A stretch of DNA of 60,682 bases from Chloroflexota bacterium (GCA_016199265.1 JACQGX010000063.1:1-60682); one strand, 5' to 3'. Counted from the stretch's first letter, positions 27,422 to 38,211 are shown. The notes: generated from the sequence alone by a model not told the origin. Made by a program: numbers and translations.

Positions 27422-27424
27422 TTC

Positions 27425-28537
27425 TCACCATTCCCGCAGCACATCCGACGCCGACAGACCGGCATTCTGCCCGAGCGCAAACGCCGTTGCGATCAAATTG
27501 CGTTGTCCCGCCACAATATCACCGGCGGCGAACAGCCCGGGCACCGGCTCCCCTTTCGTATCGAGCACCTGGCCGTCCTCGTCCACGACGAGCAACCCTT
27601 CGTCGTCTTCCTGTAACGACCAGCCGTCCTCTTTCCGGAGATACTCAGTATTGGGCACCAGCCCCAGGTCGAGCATGAACCCGTCGAAGAAGAGCTCGCG
27701 CCCGCTCTCCAGGCGCACGCCGAGCAGGTCGGTGCCCTTCCCCACGTGCGCCACGATCTTCTCCTCGACAAGGGGGATGCCTCGTTCCCGCAGCGTCGCG
27801 AGCTGCTGCGCGGTGAAGCCGTGTGGCCGCCCGTTGGTGAGGATCGCTAGCTTCTCCGTGAAGTCCTGCGCGCCACGCGCGATCCCCCATGCGAGGTCGC
27901 CGGTGGCCAGGATCGCCAGCTTCTCGTCAACGTGCAGGTGGCCGTCGCAACGGATGCACACGTGCCACCCCTTGCGGTTGCCCGCGAACCGGAACACCGA
28001 GGCGTAGCGCCGGTACTGCCGCCGTGCCGATTCCTCGACTTCGATGTCCGGCCATACGTCGTCGAAGCCGGACGCAATCACCACGGTGCGCCCGATGAAC
28101 CGTTCGATCTGCGGCGACTTCTCGTCCCGCAGCGGCGCGGTCGATACCTCGAGCTCGAAGAGATGCCCTGCCGGGGCGCGCTCGCCGGGCTCGGCGGCGG
28201 TGCGTGTCAGCCGCAGCATCATGCCGGCACGTAACTCGATACCTGCCGGGCGCGCACGGCCGGAAATCGACACCGTGCGCACCGGCCGCGCCGCCATCCA
28301 CTCGCGCAACGCCTTCATGAACTTAATACCGCTGATGCCCGGAAACGCCGGGGCATCGATAATCTCGACCGTCTTCGACCAGTATGCGCGCCCCTTGCGG
28401 TGGCTCACCGGCCCGGCGTCGAGCACCAGCACGTGCCGCATCTGGTGCGCCGCCGACACCGCCGCCTGCGCCCCCGCCGGCCCGGCGCCGATCACCACCA
28501 CGTCATACATCGTTCGCTTCGCTTGTCCTTCCGTCAT
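27425..28537 (-). CDS. Thioredoxin-reductase-like FAD/NAD(P) oxidoreductase
   Basis: YDVVVIGAGPAG, CIRCDG (CxxC), GLFAAGD. Confidence 0.88.
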   Translation of the reverse strand: MTEGQAKRTMYDVVVIGAGPAGAQAAVSAAHQMRHVLVLDAGPVSHRKGRAYWSKTVEIIDAPAFPGISGIKFMKALREWMAARPVRTVSISGRARPAGIELRAGMMLRLTRTAAEPGERAPAGHLFELEVSTAPLRDEKSPQIERFIGRTVVIASGFDDVWPDIEVEESARRQYRRYASVFRFAGNRKGWHVCIRCDGHLHVDEKLAILATGDLAWGIARGAQDFTEKLAILTNGRPHGFTAQQLATLRERGIPLVEEKIVAHVGKGTDLLGVRLESGRELFFDGFMLDLGLVPNTEYLRKEDGWSLQEDDEGLLVVDEDGQVLDTKGEPVPGLFAAGDIVAGQRNLIATAFALGQNAGLSASDVLREW

Positions 28538-28761
28538 CGTCTCCAGTCGGTTCTCCTCATCTCTGCCTCCGTTCGCAGAAATCGTACAGGCGCCGTCCAG
28601 GCGAACGGCTCTCACCCTCGGCTCCTCTCCCTCAAGCGGGGGAGTCGGCGGAAGCGTACCATGTCTGGATTTCAAGTCGCGCATCGCGTGAGAGCACGGC
28701 GCTCTGCAGCCTCCACTGCACGTCTCGTTGACCGACTATTCCCCAAATGGGATACTCCCCG

Positions 28762-28922
28762 ATGGAACGAGCGAAACCGCTGGAATGGATCGGCTCCAGC
28801 ATTGATGATCTGAGGGAATTCCCAACCGCGGTCGAGAGACGGCGCGAAGCGATATCGAGCTTGTCAAGGCCCGGCTCCAATGGGCCCAGAAGCTCTACGC
28901 GGAACGGGAGGGAAAGAAGTGA
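28762..28922 (+). pseudogene. HigB/RelE (Gp49-like) toxin with the interior deleted
   Basis: N-terminal KPLEWIGSSIDDLREFP and, in another frame, C-terminal DIELVKARLQWA; TGATG overlap with the antitoxin. Confidence 0.8.
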
Positions 28923-29248
28923 TGAGCCATCGCCCGAGTGAGGTAGCCAGCACGCCAAGCAGCGGGAACGTCTTTGCCGATCTGGACCTTCCTGACCCCG
29001 ACGAGCTTGATCTCAAGGCTGAGCTCGTCTATCGGATCAGCAGGATTGTTGCTGAACGCGAGCTGACCCAAGTGCAGGCCGCCGAGGTGCTCGGTATCAG
29101 CCAGTCAAAGGTTGCTGCGTTGCTGCGTGGCCGTCTCGATGGCTTCTCGGTTGAGCGTCTCTTGCGCTGCCTGACTACCCTCGGCTGCGATATCGAGATC
29201 GCAGTCAAGCCGAAGGCAGCCACGCATGGGCGGCTGAAGGTCGCTTGA
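28922..29248 (+). CDS. XRE-family HTH antitoxin (HigA-like)
   Basis: SSGNVFADLDLPD...LTQVQAAEVLGISQSKVAALLRGRLDGFSVERL. Confidence 0.9.
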   Translation: MSHRPSEVASTPSSGNVFADLDLPDPDELDLKAELVYRISRIVAERELTQVQAAEVLGISQSKVAALLRGRLDGFSVERLLRCLTTLGCDIEIAVKPKAATHGRLKVA

Positions 29249-29285
29249 CCCCTGTACGCCTTCACGCCGGCCTGCTCGCCTGCGT

Positions 29286-30644
29286 ATGGCCATGACGAAT
29301 TCTGGTATCGGCCCGCTTCGCGCCGGCTACGCGGCGCTCGACATCACGCCGCCGGCGGGGATCGACCTTACCGGCTTTATCGCCCGCCGCGGACCATGCA
29401 CCGGCGTGCTCGATCCGCTCGAAGCGCGCGCGCTCGTCTTCGAGGGCGCGCGCGCCCGCCGCGCGGCGCTCGTGACCTGTGACCTCATCGGCCTCGGCCG
29501 CCATATGGTGGCGCGTGTCCGGCGGCGAGTCGCGGCCGCGACCGGCATCGCACCCGAAGCGCAGCTCTTCAACTGCAGCCATACCCACAGCGGCCCCGAA
29601 ACCGGCGTTCTGACGACCATCGGCATCCCCGACCCGGCCTATCTCGCCGGCCTCGAAGACCGCCTGGCCGGGTCGGTGATCGAGGCGGCGCGGGCGCTCG
29701 AGCCGGTGCGGCTGCGCATCGGCACCGTCGACGTGTCCCCTGGACTGGTGCTCAATCGAGTGTACCGCCGCGCTGGCCGGCCCGAAGCGTACGATCCACA
29801 GCTCACCGTCGTGCGACTCGAGCGCGCCGCCGGACAGGCGGGTCCGCTCGCGACGATCGTCGCCTTCGCCTGCCACGCGGTCGCGCTTGGCTCGGGCGAA
29901 CGCGGCGCCTCGGCCGACTACGTGGCGCCGCTGCGCACCCATCTCGAAGCCGCCGGCGCCGGTCCGGTGCTGTACGTCAACGGCTGCGGCGGCGACGTCA
30001 ACCCGGCGGGCATGGATGCCCGGGGGCGCGAGGCGCGCGACGCCCTCGGTCTCGGTCTGGCGCAGGCGGCGCTCGCCGCGCTCGGACAGGCGGTAGACGT
30101 AGAAGCGTCGACCGGTGGCGCGGCCACGGTGGCGGCCGCGCAGGAGTGGGCGCCGCTGCGGCTCCAGCGCCTGCGCTCGCCCGGAGAGGCGTCCAAACTC
30201 CTCGCGGCCGGCAAAGAGCGCCTGAGTCGCGAAGCGCCCGGGTCGCCGGGCTACCGCGGAACGATGGTCACGCACATCGACTACCCGCTGCGGCTGCTGC
30301 GCCTGCACTACGGGAACGAACAGCCTCCGGTCGTCACCGCCGAGGTACAGGCCATTCGCTTCGGGCCGGTCGCCGTCGTCGCCCTGCCCGGCGAGATCTT
30401 CAGCAGCCTGGGACGCACGATTAAACGGACGTCACCCTTCGCCGCGCCACGGACGCTCGTCGCCGGCTGGTCAAACGACAACGTCGGCTACGTCCCCGAC
30501 CGCGACGCGTATCCGCTCGGCGGCTACGAGGTCGACAGCGCTAGCCGTTACTATGGCTTCCCCGCCGGCTGGGCACCGGAAGCCGGCGACACCCTCGTCG
30601 CGGCCGCCCGGCGCGCGCTCGATCAGGTCGTGAGAGCGACTTGA
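29286..30644 (+). CDS. Neutral/alkaline ceramidase-like hydrolase
   Basis: DITPP, DPLEARAL, SHTHSGP, FACH, GCGGDVNP, LPGEIF, GYVP..GGYE. Confidence 0.82.
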   Translation: MAMTNSGIGPLRAGYAALDITPPAGIDLTGFIARRGPCTGVLDPLEARALVFEGARARRAALVTCDLIGLGRHMVARVRRRVAAATGIAPEAQLFNCSHTHSGPETGVLTTIGIPDPAYLAGLEDRLAGSVIEAARALEPVRLRIGTVDVSPGLVLNRVYRRAGRPEAYDPQLTVVRLERAAGQAGPLATIVAFACHAVALGSGERGASADYVAPLRTHLEAAGAGPVLYVNGCGGDVNPAGMDARGREARDALGLGLAQAALAALGQAVDVEASTGGAATVAAAQEWAPLRLQRLRSPGEASKLLAAGKERLSREAPGSPGYRGTMVTHIDYPLRLLRLHYGNEQPPVVTAEVQAIRFGPVAVVALPGEIFSSLGRTIKRTSPFAAPRTLVAGWSNDNVGYVPDRDAYPLGGYEVDSASRYYGFPAGWAPEAGDTLVAAARRALDQVVRAT

Positions 30645-30748
30645 CGGTTGTCCCGCTCTATTGCGGAACGCCCAGCGGAACGCCCATGGGTGTGCGTCAC
30701 GAACCAAACGCCGCATCCGCAGACTCTTCGTCGTTCGTCGTTCGCCGG

Positions 30749-30994
30749 TCAGGACGCGTCGGTGCGGAACGGCGGCAGCTTCCCCTGCCGCAGGAGCTCG
30801 CCGAAGGCGGCCTTGCGCGCGGCGTAGGTGCGCAGCACGTGCACCAATTCCTCTGAGGTCGCTGGGCTCGAAGGTCGCCGCACGCGGCGCCGGCGCGCCA
30901 TCAAATGCTGGTGCAGGACCTCGGCTGCTTCGCCGCGGCTAAGGCCCAGCGACGCCAACAGGTTATCGCCGTCAGTGCCCTCGACGTTGCTCAT
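30749..30994 (-). CDS. Hypothetical protein
   Basis: AGGAG RBS; 81 aa. Confidence 0.55.
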   Translation of the reverse strand: MSNVEGTDGDNLLASLGLSRGEAAEVLHQHLMARRRRVRRPSSPATSEELVHVLRTYAARKAAFGELLRQGKLPPFRTDAS

Positions 30995-31082
30995 ACTCTC
31001 CTGCTTTACGCCTACGCGGCGCGACTCTGCCGTCTCGCCAGGCCAGACTCTACCACGCCGCCTCGCCGTTCTCCCCGCTCTC

Positions 31083-31466
31083 TCACTCTTGCACCGAGTA
31101 CGGCTGGTACCACGCGTCCATGCGGTCGCCGTCGTCCCGCTTCAGCCGCGCCACCGCGCGGCGTGCGCCGTCTTCGGTGCCGTGGACTTCGGCAATGCTG
31201 TCGCTCTCGCGCAGCTCACCATCTGGGTCTTCCCACGCCGCCCCGCGAAACACCACGAACACCTTCGCCCGGGCCGGGCCGGGCGGCGCCGTCTCGGGCT
31301 CTTCCTCTTCTTCGGGAGGTACGGCCAGGATCGCTTCCATGTCGGCCTGCACGCGCGCTGCGTCACGCCGGCGGCGCTGGCGCTCGCGGATCGAATCGGT
31401 ATCGTCGCCTGCGCCGGTCTGATCGAGATCGAACTGGGCGAAGCCATCTCTGGGTTGCATACCCAT
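31083..31466 (-). CDS. Hypothetical protein
   Basis: Acidic, GC3-biased ORF downstream of pgi. Confidence 0.55.
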   Translation of the reverse strand: MGMQPRDGFAQFDLDQTGAGDDTDSIRERQRRRRDAARVQADMEAILAVPPEEEEEPETAPPGPARAKVFVVFRGAAWEDPDGELRESDSIAEVHGTEDGARRAVARLKRDDGDRMDAWYQPYSVQE

Positions 31467-31488
31467 AAACCTTACCGTGTCCGCCCGC

Positions 31489-33135
31489 TTACCGTGTCCG
31501 CTCGTCGTTTTGTGCAGCCTCCCAGATTGGGAAGAGCGGTACCGACGCCACGGCCAGCGCGTGCACCGCGTCCGGGATGTCGCCCGAGAGACGGATGCGG
31601 AGGACACGCCGTTCGCGGGCCCGCAGCGCCTGTAGATCGCCGATCGCCTGCGCCTGCTTGAGCGTGCCGAACGAATACGGCGCGCCGGGAATCGGCGCAT
31701 CCTCGAGGTCGTCGGAGACGAGCTGAACGAACACGCCGGTATCGGGCCCGCCCTTGTGCCACTGGCCGGTGGAATGCAGGTACCGCGGCCCAAAGCCGAG
31801 CGTCGTCGCGACTTTGAGGTGGTCGCGGAGCGCCAAGCGCCACGCGCTCAGCGCCGCCTCCGTCTCTTTCGTCCGCGGCACAAACGCCAGCACCGCCAGG
31901 TAATCTCCCGGTTGCGCCTGCCGGAGCAGGGTCGCGAGCGCGTGCGTTGCTGCGTCGCCTACCTCGACCTCCGGCACAGCCGGCAACCGGCCGGCCGTCT
32001 CGTACGCCTGCAGCACGCGCGACGTATGGTCTTTGCTCTCCTGGACGTTGGGCTCGTCGAACGGGTTGATGCGCATCGACGCGCCCACCACCGCCGTCGC
32101 GAACTCCCAGGTGAAGAACTGGTAGCCCAAGTCGAGCGGGCCGGCCGCCGGCAGGCGCACCACCAGGTGCCCCTCCCGCTCCAGCGCCCGCAGCCGCTCG
32201 GCCGCCTCGACATCCACACCCACGGCCACGAAAATACGATCGTCACCGTACACGTCCGGTGGGCCGAGCGTCTCTCCCTCCACCGGAAGCAGTCCCTTGC
32301 CTTCCTTTCCGGTGCTCTCGGCGATGAGCTGCTCGACCCAGTAGCCCAAACTCTTGAAGGGATGGGCGTAGACCAGCGTCACCTTGTCCCGGCCGTTCGC
32401 GGCCGCGCGCGCCAGCGCGGCGCCGAGCTGTGCGCCCACGTTGTCTTCGATCGGCGCCTCGGCGGCGCACTCGCGCATTGCCTCGATCGCTCGGTCGAGC
32501 AGCGCCGCCACGTCTACCCCGATGAGCGCCGCCGGCGCCAGGCCGAAGTACGAGAGGGCAGAGTAGCGGCCGCCGATGTCCTCGGGGTTGAGAAACGTCC
32601 GCCGAAAACCGAGCCGCGCGGCCTCGTGCTCGAGGGGCGTGCCGGCGTCGGTGATGGCGATGAACTGCCTGCCCGCGCCGTTTGGCCCATCCCCCGCGTG
32701 CTGTCGCACGTGCTCGTAGTAGAACCGCTCAAACGACAGCGTTTCCGTCGTCGTCCCCGATTTCGTCGAGACGATGAAGAGCGTCTTGTCCCACGGCAGA
32801 CGGCGCTGGTAGTCCAGCACCGTGTGCGGATCGGTCGAGTCGAGCACCGCCAGATCCAGGTATCCCGGACGCACGCCGAACGTGCGGCGCAGCACCTCCG
32901 GTGCCAGCGAGCTGCCACCCATACCGAGCAACAGCGCGTGCGTGAACCCCTCCCGGCGCACTTCGCCGGCGAACGCCGCCAGATCATCCGCCCGGTGCCG
33001 CAGATCCGAAGCCACGTCGAGCCAGCCCAGCCGATTGGCGATCGACGCGTGGTGTGTCGTGTCGTCCGTCCAGGTCGCCGGCCGGCACTCCCAAATCCCG
33101 CGGACGAGTCCCGCCAGATCACTTCGCTCTTCCAT
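31489..33135 (-). CDS. pgi: Glucose-6-phosphate isomerase (type usually fused to transaldolase)
   Basis: RLGWL, GMGGSSL, STKSGTT.ET, IGGRYSALS, EQLIAESTGKEG, NPFDEPNVQESK, GPRYLHSTGQ.HKGG. Confidence 0.9.
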   Translation of the reverse strand: MEERSDLAGLVRGIWECRPATWTDDTTHHASIANRLGWLDVASDLRHRADDLAAFAGEVRREGFTHALLLGMGGSSLAPEVLRRTFGVRPGYLDLAVLDSTDPHTVLDYQRRLPWDKTLFIVSTKSGTTTETLSFERFYYEHVRQHAGDGPNGAGRQFIAITDAGTPLEHEAARLGFRRTFLNPEDIGGRYSALSYFGLAPAALIGVDVAALLDRAIEAMRECAAEAPIEDNVGAQLGAALARAAANGRDKVTLVYAHPFKSLGYWVEQLIAESTGKEGKGLLPVEGETLGPPDVYGDDRIFVAVGVDVEAAERLRALEREGHLVVRLPAAGPLDLGYQFFTWEFATAVVGASMRINPFDEPNVQESKDHTSRVLQAYETAGRLPAVPEVEVGDAATHALATLLRQAQPGDYLAVLAFVPRTKETEAALSAWRLALRDHLKVATTLGFGPRYLHSTGQWHKGGPDTGVFVQLVSDDLEDAPIPGAPYSFGTLKQAQAIGDLQALRARERRVLRIRLSGDIPDAVHALAVASVPLFPIWEAAQNDERTR

Positions 33136-33186
33136 AGTCCCTCAGTCCCTCGCTGTTATAGCACGGCTCGGCGTCCGCGCAGCGCA

Positions 33187-34092
33187 CTACCCGCGCAACA
33201 GCTCCCGCTCGACCCGCGCGCGCAGTTCGCCCAGCCGCGTCTGCAGCCCCGTCAGCCGCTCGCACGCTCCCTGCAGGCGCTCGTGCTCGGCGCCGATGCG
33301 CCGCGTATACGGCGCCAGCACCTGCCGGATGCGCTGGATCGACCGCTCCAGCTCCGGTTCGAACTGGCGGAGCATGCCGTCCTTGAGCCGCATTCGCAAC
33401 CCATCGGTCCTGGCTCGGAATTGTTCGCGCGCCTGCCGGCGCCGCAGGGGAATGATGAAGAACCCGAGGCCGGCGAGCACGCCCGCCGCGAGCAGCCCCG
33501 TCACGTCGGCGAGCGTCTGCACCTCGGCGACCTGGGCCTCGTCGCGCAGCAGATCGATCTTGTTCAGCGCGATCAGCATCTTCTTGCCCCAGCCCCGGAT
33601 TTCCTCCATGAACGCCCGCTCCGACTCGGTGAAGGGGCGATCGACCGAGGTCACGAACAACACCAGGTCGCTGCGCGGGATGAACTCACGCGTCAGCTCC
33701 TCGTGGCGGCGCAACACCGCGTTCGTCCCCGGCGTGTCGACGATCGACAGCTCGCGCAGCAGAGGTGCCGAGAGCGCCCATTCCACGACGCCGCCGGGCA
33801 GGTGCCGCTCGCGCGGCTCCTCGCCGTAGCGCAGGATCGTCACCTGCACCGTCGTCGGCGTCACCCCCTCCTCGACGTATGGCCCGGCGAGTAGCGCGTT
33901 CAGGAGCGCCGACTTCCCGGCGTTGAACTCGCCGACCACTACCACCAGAACCAGGTCCTCCAGGTCGGCTGCCGCTTGGCGTACCGGTGCCAGGTCGCGC
34001 TCGCCGGCGCCCAATGCCGCCAGCGTCTCACGCAATTCGGCCAGCAGGTCGCGTTCCGCGGCCAGCAGCGCCGCCTCGCGTGGCCCAAGCAC
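33187..34092 (-). pseudogene. Dynamin-family GTPase with an apparent in-frame internal deletion
   Basis: GEFNAGKS, TPTT, DTPG and NKID joined directly to a TM segment and C-terminal coil; only about 300 aa. Confidence 0.7.
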
Positions 34093-34214
34093 CCGCAGGA
34101 TCTGAGACTCGCGTGGCCCGTGCGGCCCCTGCGGCGTATCTGATGATGAAACCGACGACGTTACGTGCGCTCGCTACGCTAACTGTAGCGGCAATGCCGT
34201 GCCGGGTGCCGCAC

Positions 34215-34242
34215 TGTCACAATACGGCCCGGCGGCGGTGTT
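34215..34242 (+). promoter_or_regulatory. Putative autoregulatory ECF promoter
   Basis: TGTCACA-N16-GTGTT just upstream of the ECF sigma RBS (GAGGAGG). Confidence 0.6.
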
Positions 34243-34269
34243 ACTACTACAGAGCATGAGGAGGCAAGA

Positions 34270-34923
34270 GTGCAACGAGCCCTGACCGGCACGCACGTGA
34301 TGCCGGCGACCCGTCCGGCCGTGGCCACGGTTGATGCGGCGATCCGTGACGCGAGCCCGACGATCGAAGAACGCGACCTCTTGGACCGGTTGCGTGACGG
34401 GGATGAGCTTGCCTTCGCCCGGCTCTTCGAGCAGCACTGGGATGGCGTCTACCGCCTGCTTGCCAAGTTGCTCGGCGACGCCGACGCGGCCGCCGACCTG
34501 GCGCAAGACGTCTTCGTTCAGCTCTTCCGGCTACCGCCCGAAACCGGCTCGGCCCCGCTCCGGGCGTGGCTCTTCTGCGTCGCGCTCAACCGCGGCTACA
34601 ACGCGTTGCGGTCGGAGCGCCGCCGGCGCAACCGTGAGGACGCGGTAGCCCGCGATCCCTCGCGTGGGTCCAATCGCGGTGCCATCGCCGACGCCGCGCT
34701 GCTCGAAGAAGCCAACCGCGCCGACGAGCGCGATGCCGTCCGTCGCGTGTTGATCGCCCTCCCCGAGCGCCAGCGCGATTGCCTGATCCTGCGCTCCGAG
34801 GGCCTGAGCTACGCCGAGATCGCGGCCGCCATCGGCGTCGCGCCCGGTTCGGTCGGCACGCTGCTCGCCCGTGCCGAGCGTGCCTTCAAACAACGTTATC
34901 TCGCCCAGCGCGGCGGCTTGTAG
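34270..34923 (+). CDS. ECF RNA polymerase sigma factor
   Basis: AADLAQDVF, AWLF.VALN, LPERQR..LILRSEGLSYAEIA...GSVGTLLARA. Confidence 0.93.
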   Translation: MQRALTGTHVMPATRPAVATVDAAIRDASPTIEERDLLDRLRDGDELAFARLFEQHWDGVYRLLAKLLGDADAAADLAQDVFVQLFRLPPETGSAPLRAWLFCVALNRGYNALRSERRRRNREDAVARDPSRGSNRGAIADAALLEEANRADERDAVRRVLIALPERQRDCLILRSEGLSYAEIAAAIGVAPGSVGTLLARAERAFKQRYLAQRGGL

Positions 34924-34948
34924 GCAGTAGGCAGTAGGCAGTAGGCAG
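34921..34948 (+). repeat. Heptamer array TAGGCAG x4
   Basis: The first unit provides the sigma factor's TAG stop. Confidence 0.9.
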
Positions 34949-34978
34949 TTTTCAGTCGTCTTAATCTGGGAGATCACC

Positions 34979-36295
34979 ATGAGCCTCGAAAGTATCCGGC
35001 GCTATTGTGCGGCCGGCTTTGACGAAGCGCTGTTGAAGGCGCATCTCGACGGCGAGATCGCCGAGTCGTGGCGCATCGAGGTCGCCGGACACGTCCAGGG
35101 GTGCCGCGCGTGTACCGAGCGCCTGATGCACCTGCGCATGGACGGTGCCCTGGTCCACGGCCGCCTGCATCTACTCGACGCCGACGCCGGCCGGGCGCTG
35201 GCCATGCCCGATGCGCGGCCGCCGGCCGGCGCCGTCCTGGCCCGCGCGCGACGCGATTCGACCCACGACGATTCGTGGCGTGGGAGCCTCGCCGCGGCCG
35301 TGGCCGGTTGGCGCGCCGCGCTGCGGCCGGCGATGTCTGCGCATCCCGGGTCGCTGCTCTGGGGCGCGGCGGGCGCGGCCGCGCTGCTCGTCGCGGCGGC
35401 GGTCTCCCAGCCGGCCGTCCAGTCGTTCGCGCAGAGCGCGCTCCAGTCGTTCCGCGTGCAGAAGGTCGAGCCGGTCAAGATCGATCTGGCCGCGATACGG
35501 GGCATGCCACTGCCGGACTTCGACGAGGTACTGACGCTCGGGACGTACACCGGGCCGAAGCAGCCGGCCATCCGCGTCTTGTCGCCGGCCGAGGCGGCGA
35601 AGGCTACCGGACTCGCGCTGCGCGGCCCGACGAAGCTGCCGGCGCACGTCGAGGGCGGGCCGCGCGTCTGGGTCTCCGACCCCGTGACGTTCTCGTTCAC
35701 CTACGACGGCCAGAAGCTGGCGACGGCGGCGCGTGAGTACGGCGTGCAGGACCCCGCGCTCCTGGCCCAGCTACAAGCGCTGCACGGTCGCACCGTGCGG
35801 GGCGCGGTACCGGCGGCGGCGCTCGTCCTCTACGGCGACCCGTTTCCGGCCGGTAGTGGCCCGAGCGGCGCCAAAGGCGGGCGTATTCCCGCACCCCGAC
35901 TCGACGGCCAGAAACCGTCCGAACTACGCGGCAGCGCACCGGCGGCGGGGCCGTTCCTTGCCTTCATTCAACTCAAGAGCCCGTCGCTCGACGTGCCACA
36001 AGACGTCGACGTCGACCGTCTGCGCGAGCAGGTGCTGCGCTCGGGCGCCGTGCCACCGGCGATCGCCGGTCAGTTGCTGGCATTCGCCAACTGGAAGGAG
36101 ACGCTGCCTCTCCCGATTACGCGCGGCACGGCAACGCAGGTCCAGGTCGACGGCGTGACGGCGACGCTGGTCACGGGGGAGGGCCCGCATCCGGTCCTTA
36201 TCTGGCAGAAGGACGGCGCGCTCTACGCGATGTCGACCTCCGGCACCGAGCAGGACCTCCTCGCCGCCGCGCGCTCCCTCGCGCCGGTAAAGTAA
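34979..36295 (+). CDS. Zn-finger (HxxxCxxC) transmembrane anti-sigma factor
   Basis: LKAHLDGE...HVQGCRAC; one TM helix; extracellular C-terminal domain. Confidence 0.85.
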   Translation: MSLESIRRYCAAGFDEALLKAHLDGEIAESWRIEVAGHVQGCRACTERLMHLRMDGALVHGRLHLLDADAGRALAMPDARPPAGAVLARARRDSTHDDSWRGSLAAAVAGWRAALRPAMSAHPGSLLWGAAGAAALLVAAAVSQPAVQSFAQSALQSFRVQKVEPVKIDLAAIRGMPLPDFDEVLTLGTYTGPKQPAIRVLSPAEAAKATGLALRGPTKLPAHVEGGPRVWVSDPVTFSFTYDGQKLATAAREYGVQDPALLAQLQALHGRTVRGAVPAAALVLYGDPFPAGSGPSGAKGGRIPAPRLDGQKPSELRGSAPAAGPFLAFIQLKSPSLDVPQDVDVDRLREQVLRSGAVPPAIAGQLLAFANWKETLPLPITRGTATQVQVDGVTATLVTGEGPHPVLIWQKDGALYAMSTSGTEQDLLAAARSLAPVK

Positions 36296-36298
36296 CGT

Positions 36299-37336
36299 AT
36301 GGTCGCAGCGATACGCGTTGAAACGCCGGCACGGCCGGAGGCGGCACGTGCCGCCGGCACGGCCGGCGGCACGACGCCCCTTGCCGTCGAGACCGCCGGC
36401 CTACGCAAGGAATACGGGCGCAAGGTCGCGGTGGCGAACCTCTCTCTCGCCGTGCCCCCGGGCGAAGTCTTCGGCTTCCTCGGGCCCAACGGCGCCGGGA
36501 AATCCACCACCGTCAAAATGCTCGTCGGCCTCGTCCGTCCCACCGCCGGCACCGGGTGGCTGCTCGGCCACCCGCTGGGCGACACCCGCGCCCGCCGGCG
36601 GTTGGGGTTTCTTCCCGAGCTGTTCCGCTTTCACGAGTGGCAGCGCGCCGAGGAGTTCCTCGATTTTCACGCCTCGCTCTACGGCGTGCCGCGGGCCGAG
36701 CGCGAGCGGCGTATCGCCGAGGTGCTCGCGCTCGCCGGCCTCGACGCCCGGGCGCACGACGTGCTTCGTACTTTTTCCAAGGGCATGCTGCAGCGTATCG
36801 GCATCGCCCAGGCGCTGATCGGCGATCCCCGGCTCGTCATTCTCGACGAGCCGACCTCCGCGCTCGACCCGCTCGGCCGGCGCGACGTGCGGGACGTCAT
36901 CCGGCGCCTGCGCGAGCGTGGCATCACCGTCTTTCTCAACTCGCACCTGCTCTCCGAGGTCGAGATGGTCTGCGACCGAGTGGCCATTATCGACCGCGGC
37001 CGGGTCGTGCGCCAGGGGCGGCTCGCCGAGCTCGTCGCCGGCGCCTACGAGGCCGAAGTTCACCTCGAACACCCATCGCCCGCTTTGCTCCACGCGCTCG
37101 AAACCCGCTGGCCCGCCGTCCACCGGCCGGACACCGCCGCTACCGCCGACACGGTGGAGGGCGGCGCAACCGGTGACAACACGCTCGTCGTGCGCTTGGC
37201 GATCCAAGACGAGCGCGAGCTGCCGTCGATCGCCGAGGCCATCGTGCGCGGTGGCGGCCGCCTCCGGGCGCTCGTGCCCCGCCGCATGAGCCTGGAGGAC
37301 CTGTTCGTCCAGTCGGTTGAGACACGAAACGCATGA
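36299..37336 (+). CDS. ABC transporter ATP-binding protein
   Basis: [27 protein letters not shown]. Confidence 0.95.
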   Translation: MVAAIRVETPARPEAARAAGTAGGTTPLAVETAGLRKEYGRKVAVANLSLAVPPGEVFGFLGPNGAGKSTTVKMLVGLVRPTAGTGWLLGHPLGDTRARRRLGFLPELFRFHEWQRAEEFLDFHASLYGVPRAERERRIAEVLALAGLDARAHDVLRTFSKGMLQRIGIAQALIGDPRLVILDEPTSALDPLGRRDVRDVIRRLRERGITVFLNSHLLSEVEMVCDRVAIIDRGRVVRQGRLAELVAGAYEAEVHLEHPSPALLHALETRWPAVHRPDTAATADTVEGGATGDNTLVVRLAIQDERELPSIAEAIVRGGGRLRALVPRRMSLEDLFVQSVETRNA

Positions 37337-38211
37337 ACACGCTGCGCATCGCCAACCTCACCTTCCGCGAGGCCGTGCGGCGCAAGGCGCTCTACGGCGC
37401 CATCGCGCTCACGCTCGCCATTCTGGCCGTATACGCCTGGGGTACCGGCTGGGCGGTCAATGAGATTTACACCCAGACGCCGCGCGGCGCCATCGTGCGC
37501 CTTGCATTGCAATCGGGTGTCGACGTGCGCCTGCTCGCGGTCGGCGAGCTGTTGCTGGCCGGGCTCTTCGCCGTCTCGAACATCGCCGGGCTGCTCGCCA
37601 TTTTCCTGGCTGCGGGTACGATTGCCCAGGAGATCGAGCAGGGCACGCTCCACAGTATCCTCTGCAAGCCCATTGCCCGCTGGCAGGTTGTGCTGGGCAA
37701 ATGGCTCGGCGGCTCCGCCATGCTCAGTGTCTACGTCGCCGTGACCGCGAGCGCGACGGTGGCGATCATCTACTGGCACGCCGGCTACGTGCCGTCCAAT
37801 CTCCCCCTCGGCATCGCCCTGCTCACACTCAAGGCGATGCTGCTCTTCTCGGTCACGATGATCGGCAGCGCCTTTGCGCCGGCGATTGCCACCGGGATCG
37901 CGATGTTCATCGTCTACGTCGCCGCCAACGTCGCCGGCATGGTCGAGCAAATCGGCGTCGCCGCCGAAATCGAGGCGATGGTGCGCACCGGCATCGTCGC
38001 CAGCCTCATCCTGCCCAGCGACGCGCTCTGGAAGATGAGTGCGTCGGCCGTCCAGCCGCCCAATCCGCTGCCTGCGCTCGGCATCAAGCTCTCCGTCGGC
38101 CCCTTCGGCGTCGTCGAGCCACCCAGCGTCTGGATGGGCGTTTACGCCGCGCTCTACACCGCGGCCGCCCTCGGCCTCACCACGCTCATTTTCTCCCGCC
38201 GCGACGTTTGA
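37333..38211 (+). CDS. ABC-2 type permease
   Basis: TFREAVRRK, EIEQGTL..IL.KPIAR..VVLGK, FSRRDV; six TM helices. Confidence 0.9.
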   Translation: MNTLRIANLTFREAVRRKALYGAIALTLAILAVYAWGTGWAVNEIYTQTPRGAIVRLALQSGVDVRLLAVGELLLAGLFAVSNIAGLLAIFLAAGTIAQEIEQGTLHSILCKPIARWQVVLGKWLGGSAMLSVYVAVTASATVAIIYWHAGYVPSNLPLGIALLTLKAMLLFSVTMIGSAFAPAIATGIAMFIVYVAANVAGMVEQIGVAAEIEAMVRTGIVASLILPSDALWKMSASAVQPPNPLPALGIKLSVGPFGVVEPPSVWMGVYAALYTAAALGLTTLIFSRRDV

